A stretch of 59,753 nucleotides of DNA from Salinimicrobium sp. (GTDB taxonomy: Archaea; Thermoplasmatota; Poseidoniia; Poseidoniales; Poseidoniaceae): assembly GCA_964228865.1 (NCBI GenBank), contig CAXRAI010000045.1, positions 1 to 59,753 of the forward strand, read 5' to 3'. Every line of letters begins with the position of its first letter. Position 1 is the stretch's first letter. Below, one piece after another: positions 29,677-39,400 of the stretch. The notes under the pieces were generated by a model. The model was given only the letters and a program-made list of their open reading frames with translations. It searched no databases and was not told where the DNA came from. Made by a program: the position numbers and the translations under genes.

Positions 29677-31395
29677 TCAACGGTCGTTCACGCTGACCCA
29701 CGTGTTGACCGCCGATCGGAACGCATCCCAACCGCTCTGATAGTAGACGTTCAACAAGCCAAAGACGTCGTCGTAATGCGTCAAGTCCCGGTCCGCCATG
29801 TCTTGGATGGCCTGACGACGGCGCTCCAGCTCGTCGTAGATGTCACGCTTGTTTGAGAATCCGGCCATGGCGGCGATCTTGTTCTCAAGCAAGTGCGATT
29901 GGAACATACCGCGGAAGTAGTGCTTGTCCTTGACGGGGTCCCACTCGAACATGCCACGCGTCAGCACACCGTCGCTGTGCTTGTTGTAGCCGATGACCTC
30001 GTCCACACCCGTGATGCGGCGGGCGATGCCGCCACCGGGCGCTTCGACCACTTCTTGGAAGAGCGCGAAGTTGAGGTTGTCGAAGAAACGAATGGGGACG
30101 TTGATCGGGTCACCGGTAAAACGCTGAATCATCTTGACGATGGACGATGCGTGGAAGGTCGCGATGACGGGGTGACCCGTTTGCATGGCCTGGAAGGCGG
30201 TGGCGCCTTCCACACCACGGATCTCACCGATGATGATGTAGCGAGGCCGGCTTCGCAGGGCGGCTTTGAGCAGGTCGAACATCTCAACACGGCTGTCCTC
30301 GTTCTTCGAATCGCGGGTCACGAGGCGCTGCCAGATCTTGTGGCTGACCTTGACTTCAGGCGTGTCTTCAGCTGAGTAGATCTTCACGTTGTGGTCGATG
30401 AAGGGAAGGATGGCGTTCAGCGTCGTCGTCTTTCCGGACGCGGTCTCACCGGACACCAGCACGGACATGCCGTATTCGAGGCAAATCCAGACGTACGCCG
30501 CCACTTGCGCGCTCATTGTGCCCCACTTGATGAGCTGGACGATGGAAATCGTCTCCTCTGCGAACTTGCGGATGGTGAACGACGGGCCAAGCATGGACAC
30601 GTCGTCAGAGAAAATGATGTTGATACGGGAGCCGTCGAGCAGGGCTCCGTCGATGATCGGCTTGTTGTCGGACACCGGACGGCCGATGCGCTCGGACATG
30701 GCCCTCAGGTAGCGAGCAAGCACCTCGCGCTCACGGAAGCGGATGTTCGAGGTGACCATCCCGAACACCTTGTGGTCCATGTGGATGTACTTCAGACCCA
30801 CCGAGTGAATGTCTTCCAGCATCTCGTCGGAAAGCAGCGGCTCCAAGGGCCCGTTGCGGATGAGGTCGCGGATGATGATGTAGCGGAGACGCTGGCGCTG
30901 TGCTTCGTCAACGGCGAGGCGCTTGTCCTCAAGGCCGAGGATGTCCCACATGCGGCCCTGACGGCGGGGGCCAACAGGTAGGTCCTGACGGAGCACCGTG
31001 TAGCGGTCGATCATCTGGGAAAGGATGCCTTCGAATTCATCGTCGGTGGTGAAGTTCGGCGCAGCAGGGGCTTCCTGCAGGAGGACTTCCACGAGTTCAC
31101 GTCGGATGTTTTCCTCTTCTTCAGTAAGTTGTGGCTCAAGGCCAATCCAGAGGACTTGACCCGCGTCCTCCTCGTCTTCCGCAGGCTCGTAGATGTGGAC
31201 GAAAATGGGTTCCTTGGTGATGTAGATGAGGTTCAGCGGACGCTGCTTCTTGGCGTCACGGTCCAACGGACCGTAGTAGGTGGGCCTCGAGCCGTACCGG
31301 GCTTCGAAGTCGCGCACCCATTCCGCAACGTGCGGATGAGCCGCCATGACGCTCGCGAGATCGCCACGGGCGAACTTCAGCTCTTCGTCGGCCAT
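29677..31395 (-). CDS. arlI: Archaellum motor/assembly ATPase ArlI (FlaI)
   Basis: Walker A GETASGKTT, AEDTPE, RSRP.YIIIGEIRG and FQAMQTGH...TFH. Confidence 0.95.
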   Translation of the reverse strand: MADEELKFARGDLASVMAAHPHVAEWVRDFEARYGSRPTYYGPLDRDAKKQRPLNLIYITKEPIFVHIYEPAEDEEDAGQVLWIGLEPQLTEEEENIRRELVEVLLQEAPAAPNFTTDDEFEGILSQMIDRYTVLRQDLPVGPRRQGRMWDILGLEDKRLAVDEAQRQRLRYIIIRDLIRNGPLEPLLSDEMLEDIHSVGLKYIHMDHKVFGMVTSNIRFREREVLARYLRAMSERIGRPVSDNKPIIDGALLDGSRINIIFSDDVSMLGPSFTIRKFAEETISIVQLIKWGTMSAQVAAYVWICLEYGMSVLVSGETASGKTTTLNAILPFIDHNVKIYSAEDTPEVKVSHKIWQRLVTRDSKNEDSRVEMFDLLKAALRSRPRYIIIGEIRGVEGATAFQAMQTGHPVIATFHASSIVKMIQRFTGDPINVPIRFFDNLNFALFQEVVEAPGGGIARRITGVDEVIGYNKHSDGVLTRGMFEWDPVKDKHYFRGMFQSHLLENKIAAMAGFSNKRDIYDELERRRQAIQDMADRDLTHYDDVFGLLNVYYQSGWDAFRSAVNTWVSVNDR

Positions 31396-31408
31396 CGAAA
31401 TCTCCTCC

Positions 31409-32125
31409 TCAGCTCACCGCGGTGATGTCGACGATGAAGCCCATGCTGGGTTCGACACGCCAACCGATGTTGGTCTGCACTGGACCGGCCGCCCGCAGGA
31501 AGCGGGTCACGGTCAGGCTTCGCTTGATGTCCCCACCGATGAGGGCGGTGCTCATGTCGAGCACAAGTTCCGCGCTGCTGCGCAGCATGTGCAGCGCTTT
31601 TCCGTCCGTTTCCTCGGGGTCGACCGTCAGCAGGATCGAGCGACCGTCGGACACGACTTCACGCAAGCGCTGCATCATGGCGACACGCTCGGCATCGTTG
31701 TGCAACTCGGGCATGATCGAACTCGCGGTGTCCAAGACGATGACGTCCGCTTCTTCGATGGCCGGTGAGGTGAACACGTCGTAGAGCGACACGTCGGGGA
31801 CTGGCTCAGCGATGGTTCCGTAGCGCGAGAACACCGTAAGGCGTCCTTCCGTGAGCGGTTCGGTCACGCCGTAACCGATGGATTCCATTTGTTCAATCCA
31901 GCCGCGGGTGGTCAACTCGGTGGTCACCACGAGGATCTTGCAGCCGTTCTCCAGCATGCCGTGAACCAAGCGTTGCGAGACGAGGGACTTCCCTGAACCG
32001 ACCGTGCCCTGGATGAGGTAAAGCGAACGGTTCGGGAGGTGGAGTCCCATGGAATCCGCCAATGAATCGGTTTCCACACCGAAGGGGAAGCCGTCTTCGA
32101 CGGGCTTTGGAGCATGCTCAGACAA
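31409..32125 (-). CDS. arlH: Archaellum RecA/KaiC-like ATPase ArlH (FlaH)
   Basis: G..GSGKSLVSQ, TELTT..WIEQM.S.GY and C-terminal WRVEP..G..VDITAV. TTG start with a GAGGTGA SD. Confidence 0.9.
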   Translation of the reverse strand: MSEHAPKPVEDGFPFGVETDSLADSMGLHLPNRSLYLIQGTVGSGKSLVSQRLVHGMLENGCKILVVTTELTTRGWIEQMESIGYGVTEPLTEGRLTVFSRYGTIAEPVPDVSLYDVFTSPAIEEADVIVLDTASSIMPELHNDAERVAMMQRLREVVSDGRSILLTVDPEETDGKALHMLRSSAELVLDMSTALIGGDIKRSLTVTRFLRAAGPVQTNIGWRVEPSMGFIVDITAVS

Positions 32126-32600
32126 CGAGCCTCACCTCCGCATCCAAGGTGTCCGTACCCCGAACGTTGCTGACGAACTCGGAGGAGACCACCACGGTCA
32201 GCGTCACTTCGGTGTTGTTGGTGTAGGTCAGCGTGTTGTCAACGACCTGGACCTGAAGGAGTTCACCGGCGGACCAATCGCCACCGTTCATGACCGTCGT
32301 GGTCAAGTTACCGCTTTGTTGAACGCCGTCCACCAGGACCACGAGGGTGCTGTCGTCGAGGACCGAGGTGCCTGAGTTCATCAGGTAAAATTGGATTTGA
32401 CCGGTGAGGCTGTAGCGCACATGACCGGGATCTCCGGCCAAACTGACGTCGGTTTCTGCGTCGATGGCTTGTGCCCGGCGTTCCATTTCCATGGACCGCG
32501 CCACGTCGCCCCATTCTGCAATGAGGAAGGTGCTGACGCTGCCGGCCACCAGCAAGGCGGTAACGAGCATGATGAACGAGGTTGCACCACCGTCTGCCAT
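32118..32600 (-). CDS. arlG: Archaellum stator protein ArlG (FlaG)
   Basis: N-terminal hydrophobic segment, T.V...GDP, Y..NSG, VLVDG and W..GE motifs. Located between arlF and arlH. Confidence 0.8.
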   Translation of the reverse strand: MADGGATSFIMLVTALLVAGSVSTFLIAEWGDVARSMEMERRAQAIDAETDVSLAGDPGHVRYSLTGQIQFYLMNSGTSVLDDSTLVVLVDGVQQSGNLTTTVMNGGDWSAGELLQVQVVDNTLTYTNNTEVTLTVVVSSEFVSNVRGTDTLDAEVRLVV

Positions 32601-32609
32601 GTGCTCACC

Positions 32610-33248
32610 TCACACCAGTTCCGTCACGACGGTCGTTTCGCCGACCGAAAGCGCAAGGCGCTCCCAGGCCGTCGTCGAGCCTTCAAGCCACATGATCCAC
32701 ATCGTTTCACCCGAGTACAGGTTGTTGCCGATGGGTTCAGCCACCATGAGATCGGGCACGCGCTCGACGTTCTCGCCGTCGAGGAAGGCCCAGACCTCGT
32801 CCAAGGGGACCACGGTGCTGCCGAGGTTGGTCACGTTCGCGTGCACCACGCTGCCGAGGACGGCTGAGACGGCTCCGGTGGAGCCGCCAACGGAGCTGAT
32901 GGTCAGGGTTGGGGATGAGGTGAAATCCCTGTTCCCTTCCATGGCTACGCTGACGGCCACCAGGCCACCGCTTGCGTCCACTTCGGTCACGCTTCCGACC
33001 ACGGTCGTGCCGTCGAGGATCTGATCCCCGGCCACGTAACCGCTGCCGTTTGTGGTGATGCTGATGTCGACCAAACCGTTGGTGTCCACGTTGGCGTCCA
33101 CGAAGGACATCTGTGGAGGTGGTTCCCCCGGTTCCGTGACATCAAGGTGCGTGGCAAGTCGAGCGTCGAGGGTACCGACGAAGATGACGAAGACGGCCAG
33201 CATGGCCATCCCCACCACCAATCCACCGATGCCCGTCGACGCGCTCAT
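32610..33248 (-). CDS. arlF: Archaellum stator protein ArlF (FlaF)-like, with an internal insertion
   Basis: N-terminal TM and archaellin-like core NVTNLGS...FLDG...LYSGET. Operon position fits arlF. Confidence 0.65.
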   Translation of the reverse strand: MSASTGIGGLVVGMAMLAVFVIFVGTLDARLATHLDVTEPGEPPPQMSFVDANVDTNGLVDISITTNGSGYVAGDQILDGTTVVGSVTEVDASGGLVAVSVAMEGNRDFTSSPTLTISSVGGSTGAVSAVLGSVVHANVTNLGSTVVPLDEVWAFLDGENVERVPDLMVAEPIGNNLYSGETMWIMWLEGSTTAWERLALSVGETTVVTELV

Positions 33249-33252
33249 GCCT

Positions 33253-34113
33253 TCACGACCTCATGCTGTTGCTTGCTGCTGCAGCGCGCTGCGCTTGGTT
33301 GCGCCATGCGCTGACCAAGGCGGAGAAGGACAGCAGGGCCCGGTTCGGGAGGTGATCCGCCAAAGCGGCCTCGGTTTCCCCGGGTTCAGCCAACTGCACG
33401 ATGGCCATCACTTGACGGCCTTCGTCCGGACTGAGCATGCCTGAGTCCATCGCCTTCTGCGTGAAGCTGGACGCCGCCATGCCCGTCATGTGATCGAGCA
33501 GGAGGGCGGCGACCGTCGGTGCCCCAATGCGGTCACCCGACGCGCCTCCGAGGCCGTCAGGTGCACGCAAGAAGGGGTTTGCAGCCAGCGCTTGCGCTTC
33601 GTAGAGCTCAACGAGGGGTGCCTCGTCGTCCGGCTTGAGGCGTGAGGCCCCGTCGCCGGCTGGGATGCGCTCCCCGGACGCCGTGATGATCACGTCGCCG
33701 CTCATGGCTTCCATGTCCGTTCCTTCCTCGCCTTCATCGCTGAAGGTCGCGGTTGGACCGGACACCATCGCTTCGTCCACGCGGGTCTCGACCATGCGGA
33801 GCACGTCTTCGACCATGTCGAGTCGGCTGCTGATGAGCCGCTCGAGGCCGGACGTGTCCACGGTCGCGTTGACCTGTGCTGGTGCCGAGGGCGCCAGCGC
33901 TTGGGTCGTGGATGGAACGCTGCCAATGCTGTTGAGTTTGGCGCGTGCTGGGCCAGGACGGATCGTCCAAGCGTCCTCCTCGGACAACTCCCCCTCCTCA
34001 GGGTGGGGGACCTGCTCGATCGGGACGTTCGAGAGGACCTTCAGGTGACCTTCGGTCGCCTGAGCGTCATCGTCCGTCGCTGTCCGTGCACCGCCACCAA
34101 ATGGCCATGCCAT
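33253..34113 (-). CDS. Divergent ArlC/D/E (FlaC/D/E)-like cytoplasmic archaellum accessory protein
   Basis: Coiled-coil segment, then LVELYE......NPF, resembling the ArlC LYE..V...NPF motif. Sits between the archaellins and arlF. Confidence 0.55.
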   Translation of the reverse strand: MAWPFGGGARTATDDDAQATEGHLKVLSNVPIEQVPHPEEGELSEEDAWTIRPGPARAKLNSIGSVPSTTQALAPSAPAQVNATVDTSGLERLISSRLDMVEDVLRMVETRVDEAMVSGPTATFSDEGEEGTDMEAMSGDVIITASGERIPAGDGASRLKPDDEAPLVELYEAQALAANPFLRAPDGLGGASGDRIGAPTVAALLLDHMTGMAASSFTQKAMDSGMLSPDEGRQVMAIVQLAEPGETEAALADHLPNRALLSFSALVSAWRNQAQRAAAASNSMRS

Positions 34114-34115
34114 GG

Positions 34116-34162
34116 TGATGCCTCCTCTGCACCCCGTTGCCGGGGGGCATCAGGGCGCAGAG
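34116..34162 (-). other. Intergenic RNA stem-loop(s) downstream of the archaellin genes
   Basis: mRNA-sense CUCUGCGCCCUGAUGCCCCCCGGCAACGGGGUGCAGAGGAGGCAUCA. Contains a CCCCG-GCAA-CGGGG GNRA hairpin, plus UGAUGCC/GGCAUCA and CUCUGC/GCAGAG inverted repeats. Confidence 0.6.
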
Positions 34163-34166
34163 CGGA

Positions 34167-34778
34167 TCAGACCACCACAGCGCCTTCGGTGGCGTCGTTG
34201 ACCTTGAGGATGTCATAGGTCGTTCCGCCGCCGACGACGTGAATGTACAGCGTGGCCTTGACGTTGTTCGCGAACAGCGCGTCCGGGCTGCAGTCGTTGG
34301 TGTTGGGCGCCGCGACGTTGTCGTTGGCGTCGAGGGTGAAGCGGTAGGCGACACCTGACTCGAGGTCGTTGACGTCCGTCGCGGTGTCGTCACCGAGGTC
34401 AACCACGTTGCTGTCACCGAAATCGCCGGCGATGTACTGGAAGTTGCCCGCACCGTCGTCGCAGGAGACCTGCCACAAAACGTCGGTGTCGGCCGTGTCG
34501 TCACTGCCCGCAGCGAGGCGGAAGTAGACTTCGTACGATTCAGCACCGTCGTTGACGAAGACGTTGAGGACCTGCACCTTGCCGGACATTTCGTCCGTGG
34601 TGTCCTCACCGGTCGACTGGGCGTTCTGCTGGAGCTTCTCCGCGGTCTGAATGATGACCGCAGCGGCCACGGCAGCGACGAGGATCAGGGCGATGAAAAC
34701 GATCATCGCACCGATGCCGATCGCGGCCATGGTGTCCTGTTCTTGCGTGTTGTTCTTGTTCATGTTCGTGTTCTTCAT
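34167..34778 (-). CDS. arlB: Archaellin (second copy)
   Basis: Class III signal peptide followed by AIGIGAMIVFIALILVAAVAAAVIIQTA, and LAAGS. GAGGTGA SD upstream. Confidence 0.93.
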   Translation of the reverse strand: MKNTNMNKNNTQEQDTMAAIGIGAMIVFIALILVAAVAAAVIIQTAEKLQQNAQSTGEDTTDEMSGKVQVLNVFVNDGAESYEVYFRLAAGSDDTADTDVLWQVSCDDGAGNFQYIAGDFGDSNVVDLGDDTATDVNDLESGVAYRFTLDANDNVAAPNTNDCSPDALFANNVKATLYIHVVGGGTTYDILKVNDATEGAVVV

Positions 34779-34787
34779 GATCTCACC

Positions 34788-35366
34788 TCAAACGACGACG
34801 TCCCCAACGCTTGGGGAGCTTCCGTACTGGAGTTCTTCGTAGGTCTGACCGCCGCCCACAACGCTCAGCACAAGGATGTGAGCCGTGTTGGCCGCTGGCG
34901 CGCAGTCGGAGATGTCCATCTGGACGACGTAGGTCACACCCGGGTCCAAGGAGGTCAGAGCGACCTCCACACCGGTGATGTCGCCGTCGCCCTCGTGGGT
35001 TTCGGCATCGCCGAAGTTCCCCGCGGCGAAGGCCGTGGCGCCCGCACCGTCGTCACAGACGACGGTGTAGGACACGTCCGAAGGCACCACAGGGTTGCTT
35101 CCGGCAGCCAATTCGAAGGTGCTGAAGAGCGTCTCCGTTCCTGCTGTGTCGTCCCAGATGACGGTCGAGAGCAGGACCACCTTCGTGGACATCTGTTCTT
35201 GCGTGTCGTCACCCGCAGACTGGGCGTTCTGTTGCAGCTTCTCAGCGGTCTGAATGATGACCGCCGCCGCCACCGCCGCCACCAGGATGAGGGCGATGAA
35301 GACAATCATCGCACCAATCCCGATCGCTGCGGCGTTATCGCGCGTTTCGTTTCGTTCGTTGTTCAT
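34788..35366 (-). CDS. arlB: Archaellin (first copy)
   Basis: Same archaellin N-terminal helix and LAAGS..V. GAGGTGA SD upstream. Confidence 0.93.
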   Translation of the reverse strand: MNNERNETRDNAAAIGIGAMIVFIALILVAAVAAAVIIQTAEKLQQNAQSAGDDTQEQMSTKVVLLSTVIWDDTAGTETLFSTFELAAGSNPVVPSDVSYTVVCDDGAGATAFAAGNFGDAETHEGDGDITGVEVALTSLDPGVTYVVQMDISDCAPAANTAHILVLSVVGGGQTYEELQYGSSPSVGDVVV

Positions 35367-35373
35367 TTCTTGT

Positions 35374-36498
35374 TCACCTCATGTTGTGTGTTTTTCCCCC
35401 CCGGCGTCCGGGGGTGGAGTTGGAGGACGGACCGTCACGCGGTCCGCCGATGTCAATGCGGAGTGGGATACGGATGTGCGCCACCTCGTCAGGTTCCAAG
35501 CGCGGCACCATGGGAAGGGCGTCGGACGTGTAGCCCGGTGGGAACCACGGATCGATGAGGACATCGACCAAGGGCTCCATGGAACGGTTTTGCGCACGCA
35601 CGGTGCACACGATGTCGCCAGAACGCATCTCATAGCCGACGGCGAGGGCCAATTTCCTGGCCAGCGGAATTTCATCGGCGCCATAGCGCCGGTCTGCGGT
35701 GATCTCGAAGCGAACAGGAAGGTTGCCGCCGGGAGCGATGCTGGGCACGTCGATGAGTTCTGGGTCGGAGGTCCAGCCCTCGGGAACGGGAGGATGCATG
35801 CGCATCATCGGGAGGGTGATGGGGCCGTCGTTGATGATCCGGACAATCATGACGCCCATGTCGCCGCCAGCGGGCCACCGCGTGTCGATGCCGAGCCAGA
35901 AGTGGCGGAACAAGAAGGGGTTCAAGGTGGACGTATCGCCGCCGATCAGGTCGTCGACCAAGCCTTCGACCTCAGCGGCCGCCGTACCGACTTCACCGGC
36001 TTCCGCAGCGCTCGTGGCGTCGCGAAGACGGAGCAGAATGTGCTCCACTTCACCGTGGGAGACGTGGGACTTTTCCTTGAGCAGGCGGTGAAGCAGGGCC
36101 ATCGAGCGGCGCAGGTGGAGCACGGATTCCTTCAGCTCCTCCAAAGCCTTCTCAGCGCGGAGCACCGTTTTCAGGGCCTTCCGGAGGCGGTGGTGGTTCA
36201 GGTGAGCGCGGGCCTCGGCCACATCGAGTTCGGTCCTGGCCAGCGAGTTGACCTGCTGGTTCAGCACCGTGTTCACGGCCAAATTGAGGTCGCGACGGGC
36301 CGTGGCGACGGCGGGGCCGTCGTCCTGCTCTTCGAACTCAACGTCGTCGAGGTCTTCGTCATCGGGTCCAAGGTCTTCGACGTCGTCGTCCATGTGCTCG
36401 ACCTCGTCGTGCTCCATCGGCACGTCGTCAACGACCGCCTCCTTGTCTTCGACCTCGAAGGGGACCTCCTCGGTTTCGATGCCGTCCAATTCAGACAT
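35374..36498 (-). CDS. Hypothetical cytoplasmic protein: acidic N-tail, helical region, two NEW3/Ig-like modules
   Basis: No signal peptide. Two similar beta modules (V.I.N.G......P.PEGW......I.PG....V.F.I and V...N......PPGY......LEP.E...I...L). Start overlaps the upstream stop, and its own stop lies inside the arlB SD. Confidence 0.7.
   Translation of the reverse strand: MSELDGIETEEVPFEVEDKEAVVDDVPMEHDEVEHMDDDVEDLGPDDEDLDDVEFEEQDDGPAVATARRDLNLAVNTVLNQQVNSLARTELDVAEARAHLNHHRLRKALKTVLRAEKALEELKESVLHLRRSMALLHRLLKEKSHVSHGEVEHILLRLRDATSAAEAGEVGTAAAEVEGLVDDLIGGDTSTLNPFLFRHFWLGIDTRWPAGGDMGVMIVRIINDGPITLPMMRMHPPVPEGWTSDPELIDVPSIAPGGNLPVRFEITADRRYGADEIPLARKLALAVGYEMRSGDIVCTVRAQNRSMEPLVDVLIDPWFPPGYTSDALPMVPRLEPDEVAHIRIPLRIDIGGPRDGPSSNSTPGRRGGKTHNMR
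35398..35448 (-). other. Two GC-rich hairpins immediately upstream of the first archaellin gene
   Basis: Inverted repeats CCCCCGG/CCGGGGG (35398-35414) and CGGACCG/CGGTCCG (35428-35446). An A/C-rich stretch and the SD follow on the mRNA. Confidence 0.5.
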
Positions 36499-39400
36499 CC
36501 TCAACCACCCCCTGTTCGTCCCAGTCCACGGTTTCGCTCAACTCGCGTGCGGCCTGACTCGCTTCATCGAGAAGGTCAGCCAAACCGAGTCCGTCTTCAG
36601 CAAGGTCACCGAGGAGTCGCGCCGGATCGGCCAAGTCACGCTCGATGCGCGCCGAAGAGGTCTCGATGTCGGTGAGCCGCCCGTAGATGCGGCCGTACGT
36701 CCGATTGCTGCGGCGCAGCAGGTAGATGACGCCGAAGGAGACCACGATGAGGTAAGCCAACAGGCTGCCGCCGTTGAGGTTGTCACCTGGCACTTGTGCG
36801 GGCACACCCATGACGATGAGCACGAACCCGAAGATGGGAAGCGCAAGGATGGTGCTCAATGCGCGTTGCGTGTCTCGCAGCGCCTCGAAGTGATCCGCAT
36901 ACACGGTCGAAAGGCCCTTGCGTTGACGCTGGTAATCCTCGTGGAGCACGCGGAATTCTTCGGACGCCCGCCAACTCATGCGCCACGTCCACAGCGCGGC
37001 GACCGTAAGCACGACCGGACCCCACCAAACAATGGAGAGCAGGTGGAAGGAGAAGCCAAGACCAAGCAAGCCTGCGTAGACGGCAGCAAGGCGGAAGTTG
37101 TCGTTCTGGTTGCGCAAGGCCACAAAGAGGGCCGCCAGCAGGAGACCTGCGGCCGCTCCAGCAAGGACCACAATGGGACGCGGGGACCACGCCACCACTT
37201 CTTCTTCGATGACGAGGCGGTTGTTGTCAACCTCGTCGCCGAAGCTGGCGGAGACCGGTGAAGACCAGTCCGCCGTGCAGCGCAATTGCGAGGAGCTGAG
37301 CCACCAGTCCATGCTGTTGGGTTGGATGCCGAACTGCACGTTCACGCTCTCACCGGGGAACAACAACGGGATGGCCTCGGGGCTGTTCACGACTTCAGCA
37401 CCATCGCAGATCAGTTCGGGGAGAACCTCGACCGCCAACGATGTGCCGTAGTTCACGATGTCAAGGCTGAGGTTGGTGGCGACACCCTCCATGAGGCGGT
37501 CTCCTGTGATGGTCCACTCTTTGGCCACGCCCTCGAGGTCGAAGGCGGGATCTGCCTTGGTGTCCAACCGGTAACGGTAGGTGGCCTCCGTGTACTCGGT
37601 GTACCCCGCGTTCTCGTTGGGGTGGTAAAGGCGGAAGGTCAAGTCCCAGCCGTCGCCAGGAAGGAGGTTTGGTCGATCGGGTGCATCGATGGCCATCGTG
37701 GGAGCACCCGTCGTTTCCCATGCTTGGCGCAGAGGGAGCGTGATGAGGCCGTCACCGGCGCATCCGGTCGCGGTAAGGTCGAGGGCATGCGTTTGGTCGG
37801 CACCGCTCCCGGTCACGAGGTCGAAGCCCCAAATCAGGTCTGAAGCGGAGATGTCTGGGGCGATGATGCCCGGTTGAATCAAGCGTTCTGCAGAGCACAA
37901 TTCCAATTCGTAAACGGCCGCCGTGGAGGCACTGACTGGGATGTGGGTCCACATGAACGGGCGATTTTCCACACCGTCATCGAGGCCTGGCATGAAGACG
38001 TCGGGTTCGTTTTGGAACATCCGAGAAACCGCCAGGTTGGTTTCGAGCACGGCAGAGCCACTGACGCTGGTGTCCACCGGGGTAAGGGTCACCCGGAGTT
38101 CACCCTGAAGGGAGAGCAAGGGCTCCAGTTCAACAAGTTCCACCACGACGTCGAGGGTCGTGTCCACGCCACGACGAAGGCTGACCACCTGAGACGCGGC
38201 GCTGGACAAGGCCCAATCCTCGCTGAGTTGATCGGTGCCCGGGCGGTACAAGGCCACGTCCACGTTGACGTCGATGTCTGCGTTGCCAACGTTCCTCACC
38301 GAGGCGCTGATGCCTTGCGACAAGCCGCGGTGGAAGAGCAAAGTGCTCGGCCAGTCAGGGCTGCTGATGTCGAAGAGAGGCGCGATCACGACGTCCACGC
38401 TGCCGAGGGTCCGCAGCACTCCCGTTTCGGTGTCGTTGACGTAGATGAGGACCTCGTGGACGTCACCACGGTCGAGCTGAGCCGTGCCGCCAAGCGCGGG
38501 CACGGTGATGCTCAAGGTACCGACTTGACTCTCGTCAATGGGCAACTGCACCGTGTAGAAATCGAGGCTTGCTCCCCAACCGTCATCGATTTGTGGGACC
38601 AAGGTCAGGTCCTCGAGGTAGTTCCCATCGTTGGTGAGCGTGAACGGCAAATTCACCGTCGTGCCGGGGATGGCGTTGTGTTGGACCCCGCTGCTTCCAG
38701 CATCGTCGTCAAGCGAGGCATCGAAGACCAAAGCCACGTCGTCCATCTCGCTGACGTTGGCTTGGATGATGGCCTCAAGCACGGGACCTCCGATCACGGT
38801 CACGATCACCGTCGCCGAGTAATTTACGTCCGCCGCAGCGTCTTCGCTCGGGTTCAATTGCACTTTCACGCCGTCACTGAAACCTGCACCGATCAGCACC
38901 GAAGTGCTGCTTGTCAGGGTGAAATCCACTTCGTCGTCCGGATCAACAATCTCCACCGTGAATTCGGCCGGAGTGTTTCCTGTGTTCATCATCGTCAGGC
39001 TGGTCAGAGGAGATTCGAAGATGCTCAAGTTGACCAAGCGGTAGGGCGGGTCCAGCGTGGCATCCACAAAGGCCTCGACGGTGATGGGAATCTGGGCTTG
39101 ACCGATGACCTCGCCCGTGTCCGTGTTGGATATCTCAAGGTCCACGTGGGTGATTGACCCTGCTTTGGCCAATGGATCTGAGGTAACGGTGAGGTCGAAG
39201 GTCGTTTCATGGGCCGTGCTGATCACGTTGGGGTAAGCGGCCACCTGAGACGGCAGACTGCTCACGGTGGTCATCAAGCCACCAGCGGTGCCAAGCGTGG
39301 CTGACCACTCGACGGGGAGGGTGTTCAGGAGGCTGATGGTGTAATTGGAGACGTCGTTGCCCACGTTGCGCAGTCCAATCGGGAAGGTGGTCGCAACCCC

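Noticed and set aside
34616-35330. Direct repeat suggesting a mobile element or recent duplication
   Set aside because: This is the conserved archaellin N-terminal coding region, with many synonymous differences.
35254-36675. 473-aa plus-strand ORF within the archaellum-linked operon
   Set aside because: Antisense shadow. The minus-strand gene has an SD and overlap coupling.
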